Source: the human T2T-CHM13v2.0 reference genome, Homo sapiens. Taken from it: a stretch of 64,000 nucleotides of DNA. Shown one piece after another: positions 31,640 to 51,070 of the stretch. Made by a program: the position numbers and the translations under genes. The stretch's first letter is position 1. Every line of letters begins with the position of its first letter. The stretch lies in the NCBI RefSeq assembly GCF_009914755.1, contig NC_060927.1. One strand, 5' to 3'. The notes under the pieces are model-generated. The model ran no database searches and was not told the origin of the DNA. It saw nothing but the letters and a program-made list of their open reading frames with translations.

Positions 31640-31838
31640 GGGTGGTTTTATCCCACAGGGAAATTTGACAATGTTTGGAGACATTTTTGCTTATCACAGC
31701 TGGTGTGGGGTTGCTATCAGCATCTAGTAGGTAGAGGCCAGGAATGCTGCTAAACATCTTACAATGCACAGGAGAGACCTCACACCAAAGAATTATCCAG
31801 CCCAAAATGTCAACGGTGCAAGGTGAGAAACCCTGGTG
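31640..31838 (+). mobile_element. MER20 (hAT MITE)
   Basis: acaatgtttggagacattttt...gcatctagtaggtagaggccagg...cccaaaatgtcaac..gagaaaccctg. Confidence 0.85.
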
Positions 31839-31999
31839 TAAAGTGAGCAGACCTACTGTATCTACCTCAAAGTCTATCCCCTGATTGATTGATAGTCCTT
31901 GATGGCAGTGAAGGCCCTAAGATTCATTTCTGGAGACTCACAAAACAGAAATCTGAACACCACAGTCTTATGCTCTCCCCGCTGCCACCTCTCCCTCTG

Positions 32000-32000
<1 letters not shown>

Positions 32001-32031
<31 letters not shown>
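32001..32031. repeat. (CA)n microsatellite
   Basis: About 15 CA units. Confidence 0.95.
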
Positions 32032-32035
<4 letters not shown>

Positions 32036-32151
32036 ACTTATTTTAAAAAGCATTGAAATAAAGATAGAGACTATGTTTTATGACCACCTGAGTTTCAGTC
32101 TTCCATCCCACTTCCCACCTGCCCCTGTGTTATTGCATCTTGAGTCTAGAA

Positions 32152-33205
32152 AAGCTTATGATAAATATAAAACTCTTCTTCAATCCAAACTTGAAGAAAT
32201 TGAGCATGTACCTACATCAGTCTCTCACCACACTCATCTCTAGTTCCGTTTTAGACTGGGTTCCCTCAGAAGCAACCCCCAGTTCAACGATTTGAGTGCA
32301 AGTAGTTTATTTGGAGGTGTTCCTAACATAGTAGAGGGGTGAAAGAGTTAGACAGGAAAGAGAAGGAAGCCATTAATTGGTTTGTTCTCTAGCTGTGGGT
32401 TACCATTGGTGGATAAGGCATTTAATCCCTACCTCTAGGACTCTGAGAGCCAACACTGAACATAGGCTTCAATTATCCCACTCAAGGGCTGAGAGAGTTG
32501 GCACATTTATGCATTTTATTAGTTTCTTAGAGTTCCTGTAACAAACCACCACAAATGTGATGGCTTAATGCAAATTTATTATGCAACAGTTCTGGAAGTC
32601 AGAAGTCCAAAATGGGTCATACTGGGACAAATTCAAGGTGACAGCAGAGCTGCATCTGAAGGCTCCATGGGAGAATGTTTCCTTGTCTCTTCCTCTTCAG
32701 CTTTTAGAGGCCATTTGCCTCCCTTTGCAAATAGAAGGTGTGTCCCCTTTATCTTCAAAGCCAGCATCAGAGTATCTTCAAATTTCTCTCTGACTATGAC
32801 CTCCTTCTTCCACTTTTAAGGAAGAATCCATAGGATAAGATTGAGCCCATCTGGAAAATCCCTCAGCCCTTGAGTGGGATAACTGAAGTGTATGTTTAAT
32901 GTTGGCTCTCAGAGTCCTGGAGGTGGGGATTAAGTGCCTTATCCAACAATGGTAATCCACAGCTAGAAAACAAACTAATTAGTAGCTTCCTTCTCTTTCC
33001 TGTCTAATCTTTTCACCCCCTATTATGTCAGGAACACCTCCAAATAAACTACTTACACTCAAGTCCTTGAATTGGGGATAGTTTCTGGGGGAACCCAGTC
33101 TAAAATGAAACTTGATATGAGTTTCGTGAGAGACTGATGGAGGTACGTGCTCAAATTCTTCAAGTTTGGATTGAAGAAGAAGAGTTTTATATTTATCATA
33201 AGCTT
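32152..33205. repeat. Inverted repeat, arms 32152-32493 and 32862-33205
   Basis: Arms align end to end (roughly 85% by eye); the ORF track shows near-identical peptides on opposite strands (AYDKYKTLL..QSKLEE.EHVP.SVSH). Confidence 0.95.
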
Positions 33206-33535
33206 CCATCTCAAGGTCATCACTTAATCACATCTGGAAAGTATCTTTGCCATGTGAGGCAACTTATTTAGATTTTGGGGATTAGGCTGTGGACATCTTT
33301 GGGTGGGCCTTTACTCTGTCAACTGCATACATCTCCTCTCATCAGTCATTAGTTGAAGACCGATTCCAAGGATAGCACTAGCACTTCATCCTGCTACTCG
33401 GGTAAGTCAAGCAGGCTCTGGTAGTCAGGGAAAGCTCACAGGAAAAGAAATGCAGGTGCCAGCAACAGGAAATTAGGAAGTGTGCAGCAAAGTGAGAAGG
33501 TGAGGGATAGAGATGGGGATCAGCCACCATCTGCT
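32248..33535. mobile_element. Nested MaLR LTRs: MLT1J/K-like element interrupted by an MLT1C-like element (~32515-33327)
   Basis: Outer motif gactgggttccctcagaagc...tttgagtgcaagtagtttattt; inner motifs ctgtaacaaaccaccacaaa...cttaatcacatctg...ggacatctttggg. Confidence 0.7.
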
Positions 33536-33859
33536 GCAAAAGGCACAAACACTTTTTTTCTTTTTTTTTTTAGCTTTTGTTTTGTTTTAAGAGAGGAAGG
33601 AAGGGAGACAGGACAAAAATCACAGGGCCTATGCAAAGTTAATGTTTATATACAAGAAAAGGTTATATAAGTGTGGAAGGGAGATGCAGAGTTCAACAAG
33701 CAAGCCACTGTATTTTTTAACTCTATAGTAAAAGAGAAACACAACTCTGAAGAATCAAAAAACTTTCCCCCTTGGAAAGCGATGTATTAAAAGAAACAGA
33801 AAATATTTTAGAAAATGTTCATGTTCTTAATGTGATTCAATAGTTCACTGTTCCTTTTG

Positions 33860-35450
33860 AGAAGATGATGGTGGCAGCAGCATAGTTTTTAAATCTTTCC
33901 AAATACTCACATCCAAATAAATAGGGTAACTATATAACAAAACCAAAAACTCATGAATAATTTTTACAAAAAAAAAAACAGGTAATGAAGTATATCACAG
34001 AGCACAATATACAAGTAGATGAAGACAAATTACCAACAGGCATAAATCTGCATACAACAACTTCTGTGCAAGAGGAAGTAGAGGGATGCAATGGGACATC
34101 TGACAGAGATGAGAACAAGAGAACCCTCAAAATAGCTAAGAGGAACTCACTGCAGCACACAGTGGGCCAAATGGGTTCAGCAGCTGAACCTGGGAGGGGT
34201 ATTCCAGCCTCCATAAATTTTCAAAACTAAGCCACCATGGCTTCCTCCCAGGGAGCCAACACTGTATAGAAATTGCTGGGAGTGGCATCAAAATAGAAAA
34301 GAATAGTAATAATAAAGATGAAGAAAAGAAAAGGTTACTAAAAGGTAGAAAGAAAAACAGTTCAAAAAGCAAGCTACTATATTTTTTTAACTCTCTAAAG
34401 AGAAAAAGCAAAACAGAAAATAGAGCCCTCTCAAAGTAGAAAAACTACCCTGTGTCATTCCTCCTTCTAAAAGTTTGGAAAAAAAAAACTAAGAAACAGG
34501 AAAGTGGTGAGGTCAAATCCCATACGAAGTTATTAAAAGAAAAGAGAATAAAGAACAGAATAATTTTCCTACAAACAATGAAAGCATGCCAAAAAGACAT
34601 GTCCACAGCATAGATTCTTAAATTAAGTAACACAAGATATGAAAGAACAACATAAGTTGGAATCCAAAAAACTCAAAACGAGGCAACAATTCAGAAAAGA
34701 ATTAGAAATAAAGAAACTCATTTTAGAAACAAAGGCTAAACAATAAGGAACACAAGAATGACTCAACTCAACAGATAATGCCTTTATAAAAAGAGAAGGT
34801 GAAAATAAGACTTTTAAAAATGCACAATAAATTAATAGATAAAAAGGATTGAAAGTAACGAATATTGAAAGTAGGCCAAGAAGATTTAATATATGGTTAA
34901 CAGAAACTCCTTATGAAGAAAATCAAAGCAGGAGAATACTAACAAGTATAATTTTTTAAAAAGCCTCGAATAAAAAAATAATGTTCTCCTAAGACCACTA
35001 TGTGTGTAATGTGGAACAAAGTAATTGTGGAATCATCTACTTCTACCAATTGCTATGTCTTTGAGAATTATAATTCTCCAATTCTCCATGTAAAGAAAGG
35101 AAATACAGATAAAATATAAAGTTAGGTCAAAGACTCTGGAGAGTTGGATAGAATTGGAGACCATTAGGCTAAGTGAAGTAACTCAGGAATGGAAAACCAA
35201 ACATCATATGTTCTCACTCATAATTGGGAGATAAGCTGTGAGGATGCAACAACAAAGGAATGATACAATGGTCTTTGGGGACTCTGGGAAAAGGGTGGGT
35301 GGGGCATGAGGAATAAAAGGCTATACATTGGGTACAGTGTACACTGCTTCGGTGATGCGTGCACCCAAATCTCACAGATCACCACTAAAGAACTTATTCA
35401 TGTAACCAAGCACCACCTGGTCCCCAAAAACGTATTGAAATTAAAAAAAT
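33860..35450 (+). mobile_element. Degenerate L1M 5'/ORF1 region plus an L1PB/MA 3' end (~35161-35445)
   Basis: A-rich ORF1-like sequence; ctaagtgaagtaactcaggaatggaaaaccaaacatc...gtaaccaagcaccacctg 3'UTR. Confidence 0.65.
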
Positions 35451-35479
35451 AGCCATTTAACACTGACTAGTTTCCTAAT

Positions 35480-39990
<4,511 letters not shown>

Positions 39991-39991
39991 C

Positions 39992-40321
39992 AAGTATGTA
40001 CTACAGTTAATTTTGTGTAGTTTAATACTGCCTTTACATTTGTTTATATTTTTCTGAACTTCAAATTGCACCATGTATGGTGTGTGTTTGCTTGTGTCAG
40101 TTTTGATAAATAACTTTTTATATTTTGTTATATGTTATACGCTCATGACATAACTTTTTCTTAATTTTTTTGTTATCTCTAGGCTAAGTGGTTCATCTGA
40201 GTTTTTTCAAATCGTCACAAATCTCCAAAAAAAATTCCAATATATGTATTGAAAAAAATCCACATATAAGTCAACCTGCACATTTCAAACATTTCAAACC
40301 TGTGTTTTCAATGGTCAACTG
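39992..40321 (-). mobile_element. Tigger2-family DNA transposon end
   Basis: The reverse complement begins CAGTTGACCATTGAAAACACAGGTTTGAA, resembling the Tigger2/MER8 TIR. Confidence 0.7.
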
Positions 40322-41359
40322 CAATTTGGGTAAAGTGTATGGATTCCTGTAAATTCCTTTAAAATGCATTTTAAAAGATGAATTAAATGGATGGGTAAAG
40401 GTACAGATAGAAGGATAGTTATATTGTTACTATAGTAAAATGTTAATGGTAGAATCAAGATGGTGTGCATTAGTGTTTGCTGTAAAATGAATTCAAACTT
40501 TGTTGTATGTTGTAAATAAAATGTTGGGAGAAAAGATGCTTTCACTTGTAAGTGCAAATAAAAACTAATTTTATTTTTAAAAATGCTAAATAATACATTC
40601 TAATATTATTAGTGACAGTGTAGATATATAAGAACTCATGTTTTTTTTAATTTTTGTGGTGAGTGTATAAATTAGTATAAACTATTTAGAAGATAGCTTA
40701 AAATTATTGTATATATTAAAATAGTAAAGTGGCTGCCAACTTTGTATTCTTACTTCCAAGAATTTACTCCATGGGAATTATCACACAAGTGTGCAAAGAT
40801 GTAATCAAGACATAAGTCTTGATTATAACAGAAAAAATATAAGCAAATTAAATGACCTGTTAGATGATTAATTGAACATCCATACAACTAAATACTAGGT
40901 AAGCATTGTTAATCATAATATAGATCTATTAATATATTTCTTAAAGAAGACGGTCCCCTCATATTGTTTAGTGACGAGGATTACAGGAAAACATAAATGG
41001 TACAATCCCAGTTTTGGTTAATGCATACATATCCATATACTCATTTACATATATTCATGAACATATACATCTATATATGTATTTAGACACAAAGGGCTCA
41101 TTAAAAGAATATTCATCAAAATGTCAAAAATATTAGCTCCAAGAGATAATAATGAACCTGATTTTTTATTTTCTTCTTTGTACTTGTTTGCAATTTTTAC
41201 AATGAACTCATAATCCTTTACAAAAGCACTAATTATTATTTGAGGTTGTGTAGGGGGGAGTAAGACAGAAGGAGAAGGAAATATAGTCCAATAATGAAAT
41301 AAAATGAAGCAGCCTTTATGTGTTTGTATGGATTGATCTCCAAGATTTTTTATGTGATC

Positions 41360-43222
41360 ATTATAGACTGAAGTGTGTTACACCAAATTTCATGCTGAAC
41401 TTCTAATACCCAATACCTAATAATGTGACTATGTTTATAAATAGGGTCTTTAAAGAGGTAACTAAGTTAAAATGAAGTCAGTAGGGTAGGCCCTTATCGA
41501 ATATGATTTATGTCCTTGTAAGAAGAGGAATTTTGTACAGATATTGACACAGATTCTAACTTGACCCAACTTCAGTCAGGCTCCCTAACCTTCTCCTAGG
41601 CCCATCTGTGCACCTCCTTGTAAAATCTGCTTTATCCAAAAACTCATTTAGTAAGAACCCCTCTCCCCCAGTAGCTGATCAACCGTGACATCTGATCAAG
41701 TTCCTCATCCTCCACTATCCCACAGGTAATAAATCACCTTGTTCTGTTTTTAGCAAGAATCCTGTGAAGTTGGTTTAGCTGAAATCTTCCTCACCCCTGA
41801 TGTTTCCTTTTAGTAATTTTCCATCCATTGACCCCCACCCTGCTCCTTGGCTATAAATTCCCACTTGCCCATGCTGTGTTTGGAATTAAGTCCAATCTTT
41901 CTCCCAGGCTGCAAAATCTCATTGTGGTGTTACCTATACCTATTGCAATGGTCCTGAATAAAGTCTTCTTCACTGTGCTTTAATAAGTATTATTATTATT
42001 ATTATTATTTTTGCATTTCTCATTTTCTTTGTAACATATTAAGTGTGTTTGCTTTATGTTCTCTGTTTTACAATTTCAAGATCTGAACTTTAGTTTTTTA
42101 TTTTATTTTACATTCCAGGGTACATAACCTGCAGGATGTGCAGGTTTGTTACATAAGTAAACACAGGTAAACATGTGCCATGGTGGTTTGCTGCACCTAT
42201 TAACCCATCACCTAGGTATTAAGCTCAGTATACACTAACTACTTTTCTTGATGCTCTCCCTCCCCCAACCCCCACCGACAGGCCCCAGGGTGTGTTGTTC
42301 CCCTCCCTGTGTCCATGTGTTCTCACTGTTCACCTCCCACTTATAAGTGAGAACATGTGGCCTTTGGTTTTCTGTTCCTGTGTTAGTTTGCTGAGGATAA
42401 TGGCTTCCAGATCCAACCATGTTCCTGCAAAGGACATGATCTTGTTCCTTTTTATGGCTGCATAGTATCCCATGATGTATATGTACCACATTTTCAATCT
42501 ATCCATCTGACAAAGGTCTAATATCCAGAGTATACAAAGAACTTAAACAAATTTACAAGAAAAAAAAAACCCCATTAAAAAGTGGGCAAAGGACATGAAC
42601 AGATACTTCTCAAAAGAAGTACAGCCAACAAACATATGAAAAAAAGCTCAACATCCCTGATCATTAGAGAAATGCAAATCAAAACCGCAATGAGATACCA
42701 TCTCACACCAGTCAGAATGGTGATTACTAAAAAGTCAAAAAACAACAGATGCTGGTGAGGCTGTGGAGAAATAAGAACAGTTTTACACTGTTGGTAGGAA
42801 TGTAAATTAGAACAACCATTATGGAAGACAGTGTGGTGATTTCTCAAGGACATAGAACCAGAAATACCATTTGACCCAGCAATTCCATTACTGGGTATAT
42901 ACCCAAAGGAATATAAATCATTCAATTATAAAGATACATGCACATATATGTTCATTGCAGCACTATTCACAAACAGCAAAGACATGGAATCAACCCAAAT
43001 GCCCATCAACAAGCATTATAAAATAATTTTTTTCTTTAACAATATGCATACAGGAAGAACACCATGTGAACATGAAGACAACCACCTACAAGCCAAAGAG
43101 AGAGGCCTCAGAGGAAACAACCATGCTAACATCTTCTTATACTCTAGCCCCAAGAAATGTGAGAAAATAAATTTCTGTTGTTTAAGCCATTCTGTTCAAT
43201 CTGTGGTAGTTTGTTATTGCAG
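41360..43222. mobile_element. Three-level nest: MLT1 LTR > MER31-like LTR (41545-43041, TSD ATAT) > 5'-inverted L1PA (~41994-43007)
   Basis: MLT1 halves at 41360-41544 and 43042-43222; inner LTR TG...CA; L1 3' end on minus (42096-42495) joined to L1 on plus (42495-43009). Confidence 0.8.
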
Positions 43223-43882
43223 CCTTAGCAGATTAATACAGTGATAAAAGCAAAAACTGTATCAATATATATAGCAGTGGCTTTCAAATTTTCAATATAT
43301 ATATAGCAGTGGCTTTCAAAATTTCAAATTTTTCACAATCTACAATATGAAATTAATTTTACCACTCTACCCAGTATGCATAGACAGACATAGCTGGAAC
43401 AAAGAACAAAATTTTTTCTTGCTAATGTATGTTGATATTTTTACTTGTTTGATTGTATTCCATCATTTCATATTAAGAAAGACACAATAACTGATTTTGC
43501 AACTGATGAACTGGCCAAATGTTAAAAAATGCTAGATAAGAAATACTATTATTTGTTAAAACAACAACAAAGGCCCCAGCAAACTAGATTCTTTGGATAG
43601 AGGCAGAAGGGGCATTTGTGAGCATCTATTTTTTAACTTTTTTTTTTTCCAAAATAAAATCTTATGAGAAAATCCAATGTATCAAACAGATAAATGCTGA
43701 GTTACTTTGGTAGACAGTGGTGGGGAGAGAAGTGGAGCCTTCCTACTTATCCCTGACAGCCCTGATGCAGCTCAACAGCACCAATGGCTCTTGGGTACAG
43801 GACTTAAAAACCAAATATTTATTCCACTCCTCTCATTATTTAGAAAGGGGGACATTGGGGTAAGGGACAAAGCTGTTAGGAG

Positions 43883-44005
43883 GGCCAGGTGCAGTGGCCC
43901 ATACCTGTAATCCCAACACTTTGGGAGGCTGAGGTGAGAGGATCACTTGAGCCCAGGAGTTCTAGATCAGCCTGGGCAACATAGAAGACCCTGTCTCTAT
44001 AAAAA
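43883..44005 (+). mobile_element. Alu monomer (FLAM-like)
   Basis: Single Alu arm; flanks AAAGCTGTTAGG / AAAGATGTTAGG. Confidence 0.85.
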
Positions 44006-44041
44006 TTTTTTTTAAATTTAAAAAATTTGAAAGATGTTAGG

Positions 44042-44401
44042 TGATATGGTTTGTGTCCCCACCCAAATCTCATCTTGAATAGTAGCTCCCATAATTCCCA
44101 CATGTGTGGGAGGGACCAGGTAGGAGGTAATTGAATCGTGGGGACAGTTTGCCCCATACTGTTCTTGTGATAGTGACTAAGTCTCACAAGTTCTGATGAT
44201 TTTTATAGGGAGTTTCCCCTTTTGCTTGGCTCTCATTTCTTCCTTGCTTGCTGCCATGTAAGACATACCTTTTCTCCTTCTGTGATGATTGTGAGGCCTC
44301 CCCACCCATGTGGAACTGTGAGTCCATTAAACCTCTTTTTCTTTATAAATTACCCAGTCTCGGGTATGTCTTTATCAGCAGCGTGAAAACAGACTAATAC
44401 A
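44042..44401 (+). mobile_element. THE1 solo LTR
   Basis: TGATATGGTTT...GACTAATACA with 5-bp TSD TTAGG. Confidence 0.93.
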
Positions 44402-46019
44402 TTAGGAGATTGAGATTGCAAGTTCTAAGCGAGGATTGTATAGATATAGATGTACCATCATTCTTCAATAATTGGGGAAGTGAGAATCTCAAATATAAAA
44501 GAGGTCCATCAATAACATCCATCTCTTCTTTCCATTAAAATAAGAAATATAAAAGTAGAAATAATGCTTGGTAAATGTGACACATCTCCAGTAGGCTCAT
44601 ATACTAACTTAAATCTTGTGCTGTTCCATTGCCCTCTGCTGGATGTTCTTAGTATCTGTGGCCTCAAAACTAGAAGTTCTAGTAGTGGTAGTAGTCACAG
44701 CAATAGTGATTATTATCATTATTGTCATTTTAGCAGCAGCCATGTTGAGGTCAAGCACTGTGCCACATGCTTTACATCCAAATCCTCCTAACAACTCTAT
44801 GGCTAGATAATGCTCTCTCATTTTGTAGATGTGGAACCTGGGGGTTCAGAGGTAAATAAACAAACCAAGGTTACACAACTAAAAGTAAGAGACCCGGGAA
44901 TTAAATATTGGTTCTAAAGCCTAGGCCTTAATTACTTGCTGTTCATTAAACTTTCAATCTGTCAGCTGTGTTGGTGATAAAACTGGAATGATATTACTAG
45001 TTGGGATCTTTTGATTCACTGATTATTAACAATGGAATCACAACGATCTTTATTCTAAAAAGCCAAAAATTATTATCTTCCTAAAATTACCAAAAAGGAA
45101 AAGCTTACTCCTCAACAGAGCAGGAGAGCATGTTTTCAGAGTTTCTCAAAGTGTGATTCAGGAAACTCCTGCATTGGAATCACATGAGGTGCTACTTCAG
45201 GGCAGAAAATCCTATGCACCAGGATGTATTTTGGAGGTAGAGAGGACAGAGCTTGTTCCTGAGAGCTGGGATATGTGTTAGTGGAGTGAGTGTAGAGAGA
45301 AAGAGGAACAAAAGATGGCTCCTAAAATTTTTGGCTCAGGACAAATTTTGAGGAGAGTAGTGGCATTAACTGAGATGAGAAAGATTATTAGAGGAGCAAG
45401 GGTTTTAATTGTTAGTTCAGTTGTGGCAGTTACTTTTTTGGCAGCAGATATAAAACCAGGAGTTTGGGTTTAGATATTATATTTATGTTGCCATATAGGT
45501 AACCAAATAAAAATGGTAGAGCTAACTACAAATAACTTTTAAAAATTCAGATCTATATTTAAGATCTATTCATGTTGTTTCACGTGTATCTCTTTCTAAT
45601 TGCTGCATAATCCTTTGTAAGTCTATCAGTAGTAAGAGACCAGATTACTTCCAACTCCCGCCACCACAACCAACACAGCAGTGAGCATCCTCCTATACAA
45701 TCCTTTAAGGTCCTCTGCATGTATTCTTTTGTGGTATAAACTCAGGAGTGAGGTATACTCAATTGGATTCGATACTGCCAGGTTACTCCCTAAAATGGCT
45801 GTGCTGGTCTATACCCTATCAGCAGTGCACAAGAGTTCCTCTACCTTCACATTTCTTTGAATGCTAATAACTATCCAGCCTAATTTTTCACTAGATAAAG
45901 AGGCATCTTATTGTTTTAATACATATCTCTCTGATAAGTTTGAGTATCTTTACACACTCGTTGGACTTTTGGGTTTCTGTAAATTGCCTATTAATATTTC
46001 ATTGTTTTTCTTTCTTTGC

Positions 46020-46680
46020 CATGTGATAACTACATATTTATGGGATATATAGTAGTATTTCAATATATGTATACAATGTGTAATGATCAAGTCAGGGTAA
46101 TTAAGCATATTCATTATCTCAAACATTTATGATGTGAACATTCAAAATAAAAATCCTCTCTTCTAGCTTTTTAAAAAATACACAATATTTCCCTTACAGT
46201 GCTACAGAACACTAGAACTTATTCCTCCTCTTTAGCTATAATTTCGTATCTGTTAACGAACTTCTCCGTATCCTCTCCTCCCCACTACTCTTCCTTCCCC
46301 ACTACTCTTCCTTCCCCACTACCCTTCCCAGACTCTAAAAACCACAATTATACTCTCTATGAGCTCTTTTTTGTTTTTTTGGCTCCTACATATGAGTGAG
46401 AACATGTGGTGTTTATCCTTCTGAGCCATCTTATTTCAGTTAACATGCCCTCCAGGTTCATCCATGTTGCCACAAATTAGAAGATTTCATTCTTTTTTAT
46501 GGCCAAGTAGAATTCCATTTTGTGTATATACACCACCTTATCCATTCATCTTTTGATGGACATTTCATATCTTGACTATTTTTAACAGTGCTACAATAAA
46601 CATGAAGGTGCAGGAATCTCTCTGATACATAGATTTTCTTTCCTCCGGATAAATACCCAGTAGTGAGATTGCTGGACTTT
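46020..46680 (-). mobile_element. L1MA 3' end
   Basis: gtatacaatgtgtaatgatcaagtcagggtaatt...ggataaatacccagtagtgagattgctgga. Confidence 0.8.
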
Positions 46681-46783
46681 CTTAGCACTCATGTTAAAAA
46701 TCATTTGAACATATAGGTGAGAAGTTATTCCTGGGCTCAAAAACAAACAAACAACAACAGACAACAGATAAGGATACAGCATG

Positions 46784-48434
<1,651 letters not shown>

Positions 48435-48512
48435 TCATATTACAATTAACTTCTGTTCTTACTCATTGGTTTGATGCCTCTAAAAACTTCATCACTGGAA
48501 CCACCTCTGGTG

Positions 48513-48548
<36 letters not shown>

Positions 48549-49209
48549 GCATACCCACACAGGTGCAAGTAAATCAGAATCTCAGGTCATGAGACCCAGG
48601 CCTCATCATTTGTAAGTGCCCCGGGTGATTTGATTCAAAGCCAAGATTGAGGACCCGTGACATGGATCTCTACACATAATCTGCCTAAATAGATTCTCTA
48701 CAAGCAGTTTATAAAGAAGTTCCACATGAACTCTGGAAGAGGATATGAATTTGATGTACAGTATGTGCTCACTTAACATCTTTGAAAGTCTCTTGGAAAC
48801 TTCACCTTTAAGCAAAATTATGGATAGTGAAACCACTTATTCCTCATCAACATTACAACTAAACAACTTTGAACAAAACAATGGTGTTGGAGGACCGGCT
48901 GTACATTGTTTCTATAAAGTCAATTTTCAGGGAATTCCAAAATGAAGTGAGGACTTCCTGTATATAAAAAGATGGTTGTGATTCCACATGGATGACAGGG
49001 TTATTGCTCAGAAACTAAAGGAGGCCGCCCAGGTATAGAGGATTCAGTCATGAGGTTTATGCTACACAAAAGATCCCAGAATACTCACCCATTCCAGTCA
49101 AAGACATAATGAAAAAAGCAATATTCACATAGGAAAAGTGGAAAGGAATAAAAGCCATCAAGCAACAAAAATAATGGGACTAAGGGGCAGGATTTGCAGA
49201 TGTAGAGAT

Positions 49210-50205
49210 TTAATGTGGTTGCCCTTTCTTACCCACACAAGAATAAGGATGGAACAGATCATGAGATTCGACTGTTCTGCTGCGCAGCCTCCACAGGGCG
49301 CTTTGAATGTCCCTGTTTCTCAGGCTGTAGATAAAAGAGTTCAGCATGGGGGTGCCCACAGCATACATCACTGACGCCACCACACCATTCCTGGGGGTGG
49401 TGACACAGCTGAAGTTAGGTACACGCCAATGCCTGTTCCATAAAATAAGCAAACAACTGCCAGGTGAGAGCCACAGATGGAGAAGGCTTTATACTTCCCA
49501 TCTGACGATGAAATTCTTAGAATGGAGGGGACAATTTTATAGTAAGACAAAAGGATCCCTGAAATGGGAAGAAAACTGAACAGAATACTATCTAAATATA
49601 TAAATATGCTATTGATGATGCCGTCAGAACAGGCAAGGTTGAGAAGTTGAGATGGATCACAGAAAAAATTAGAGATTTCCACATTCTTGAAGAAGGTGAA
49701 TTGTAACACAATCCAACTGTGCAGCTGGGAATCCAACAGGCTAAGGAAAAAAGAAACCAAAACTAAGAAGACACAGAGGTGAGGATTCATGATGACTGGG
49801 TAGTGCAGGGGTGACAGATGGCCACAAATTGGTCATAGGCCATCACAGTCAGGAGCATGTCTTCTATACATGCAAAAAGGACAAAGAAAGACATCTGTGT
49901 CAGGCAGCCCGCTTAAGAGATGACTCTGCTATGCGACTGCATGTCCACAATCATCTTGGGAACCATGGCCGAGGTGAAACCAATGTCAGCCCAGGAGAGG
50001 TTGGAGAGGAAGAAGTACATGGGGGTGTGGAGGTGGGAGTCAGAGCTGACAGCCAGGATGATGAGCAGGTTCCTCAGCACCGTGACCAGGTACATGGACA
50101 GGGACAGCCCAGCGAGGATGGGCTGCAGTTCTGGATCCTCTGAGAGTCCCTGGAGAAGGAATTCTGAGACACTTGTGAGATTCTATGGCTCTGTGTGACT
50201 TGGAC
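49210..50205 (-). pseudogene. OR7E100P: Olfactory receptor family 7E pseudogene (probably OR7E100P, by position between BTLA and ATG3)
   Basis: OR motifs [35 protein letters not shown] and [15 protein letters not shown]. Stops at 50183-50185 and 49913-49915; -1 frameshifts in C-runs at ~49808-49811 and ~49393-49397; no start ATG. The exact symbol is from recall. Confidence 0.92.
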
Positions 50206-50794
50206 ACCTCTTTTTTTGAGAAGAAAAGAGGATTGGAAAAATAAAAGATAAAAACCAGCCCTTAATGCTGTGTGTATATTTTGGATACAAGCAATTCACA
50301 AGGAACATTTTCACATTTGAGGACCATACACCGTCAGCAATATTTCTCAGTTGTGACAAACCCAGAAATCTCAGAATTATTACATGATTTACTTTTTTGC
50401 TATTCAACTCTTTCTGTACATACTTTAGAGCAAATCCACTGAAGAATGTTAGAAAACCAAAATGTAATATATAACAAATCCGTGATCTCAGTAAAATATG
50501 GCCTACTCATTTCAGAAAAAATAAAATGCAAATAAAAATGTTCTTCTCTCTTTAAGAAAAAGATCTGTCTAATTGAAAGAAATTCAGAAGCAGTGAAATA
50601 CACCTTTTTTATTCTGACACTGTGCTACAAATTCCTTTGATGTAGAATATTTAAAAGGACGATACAAGAGCTAGGACAGCATTATCTAAAAACGAAATCA
50701 AACCTTATACAGTTCTTAATCGGAAGACCTTTTAACATGCCAGTTACTTTTCATATTAATTATCATCCTTAGGTTTTCTGACATCATTTCTTCA

Positions 50795-51068
<274 letters not shown>

Positions 51069-51070
<2 letters not shown>

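Noticed and set aside
31899-33209. Two similar peptides on opposite strands suggesting a paralogous gene pair
   Set aside because: Explained by the DNA inverted duplication; one ORF crosses a (CA)n repeat and no protein family is recognisable.
33951-34411. Cluster of 80-90 aa ORFs
   Set aside because: They lie in degenerate L1 5' sequence with no coherent protein.
49368-49790. 140-aa olfactory receptor ORF as a functional gene
   Set aside because: It is a fragment bounded by frameshifts, with upstream stops and no start codon.
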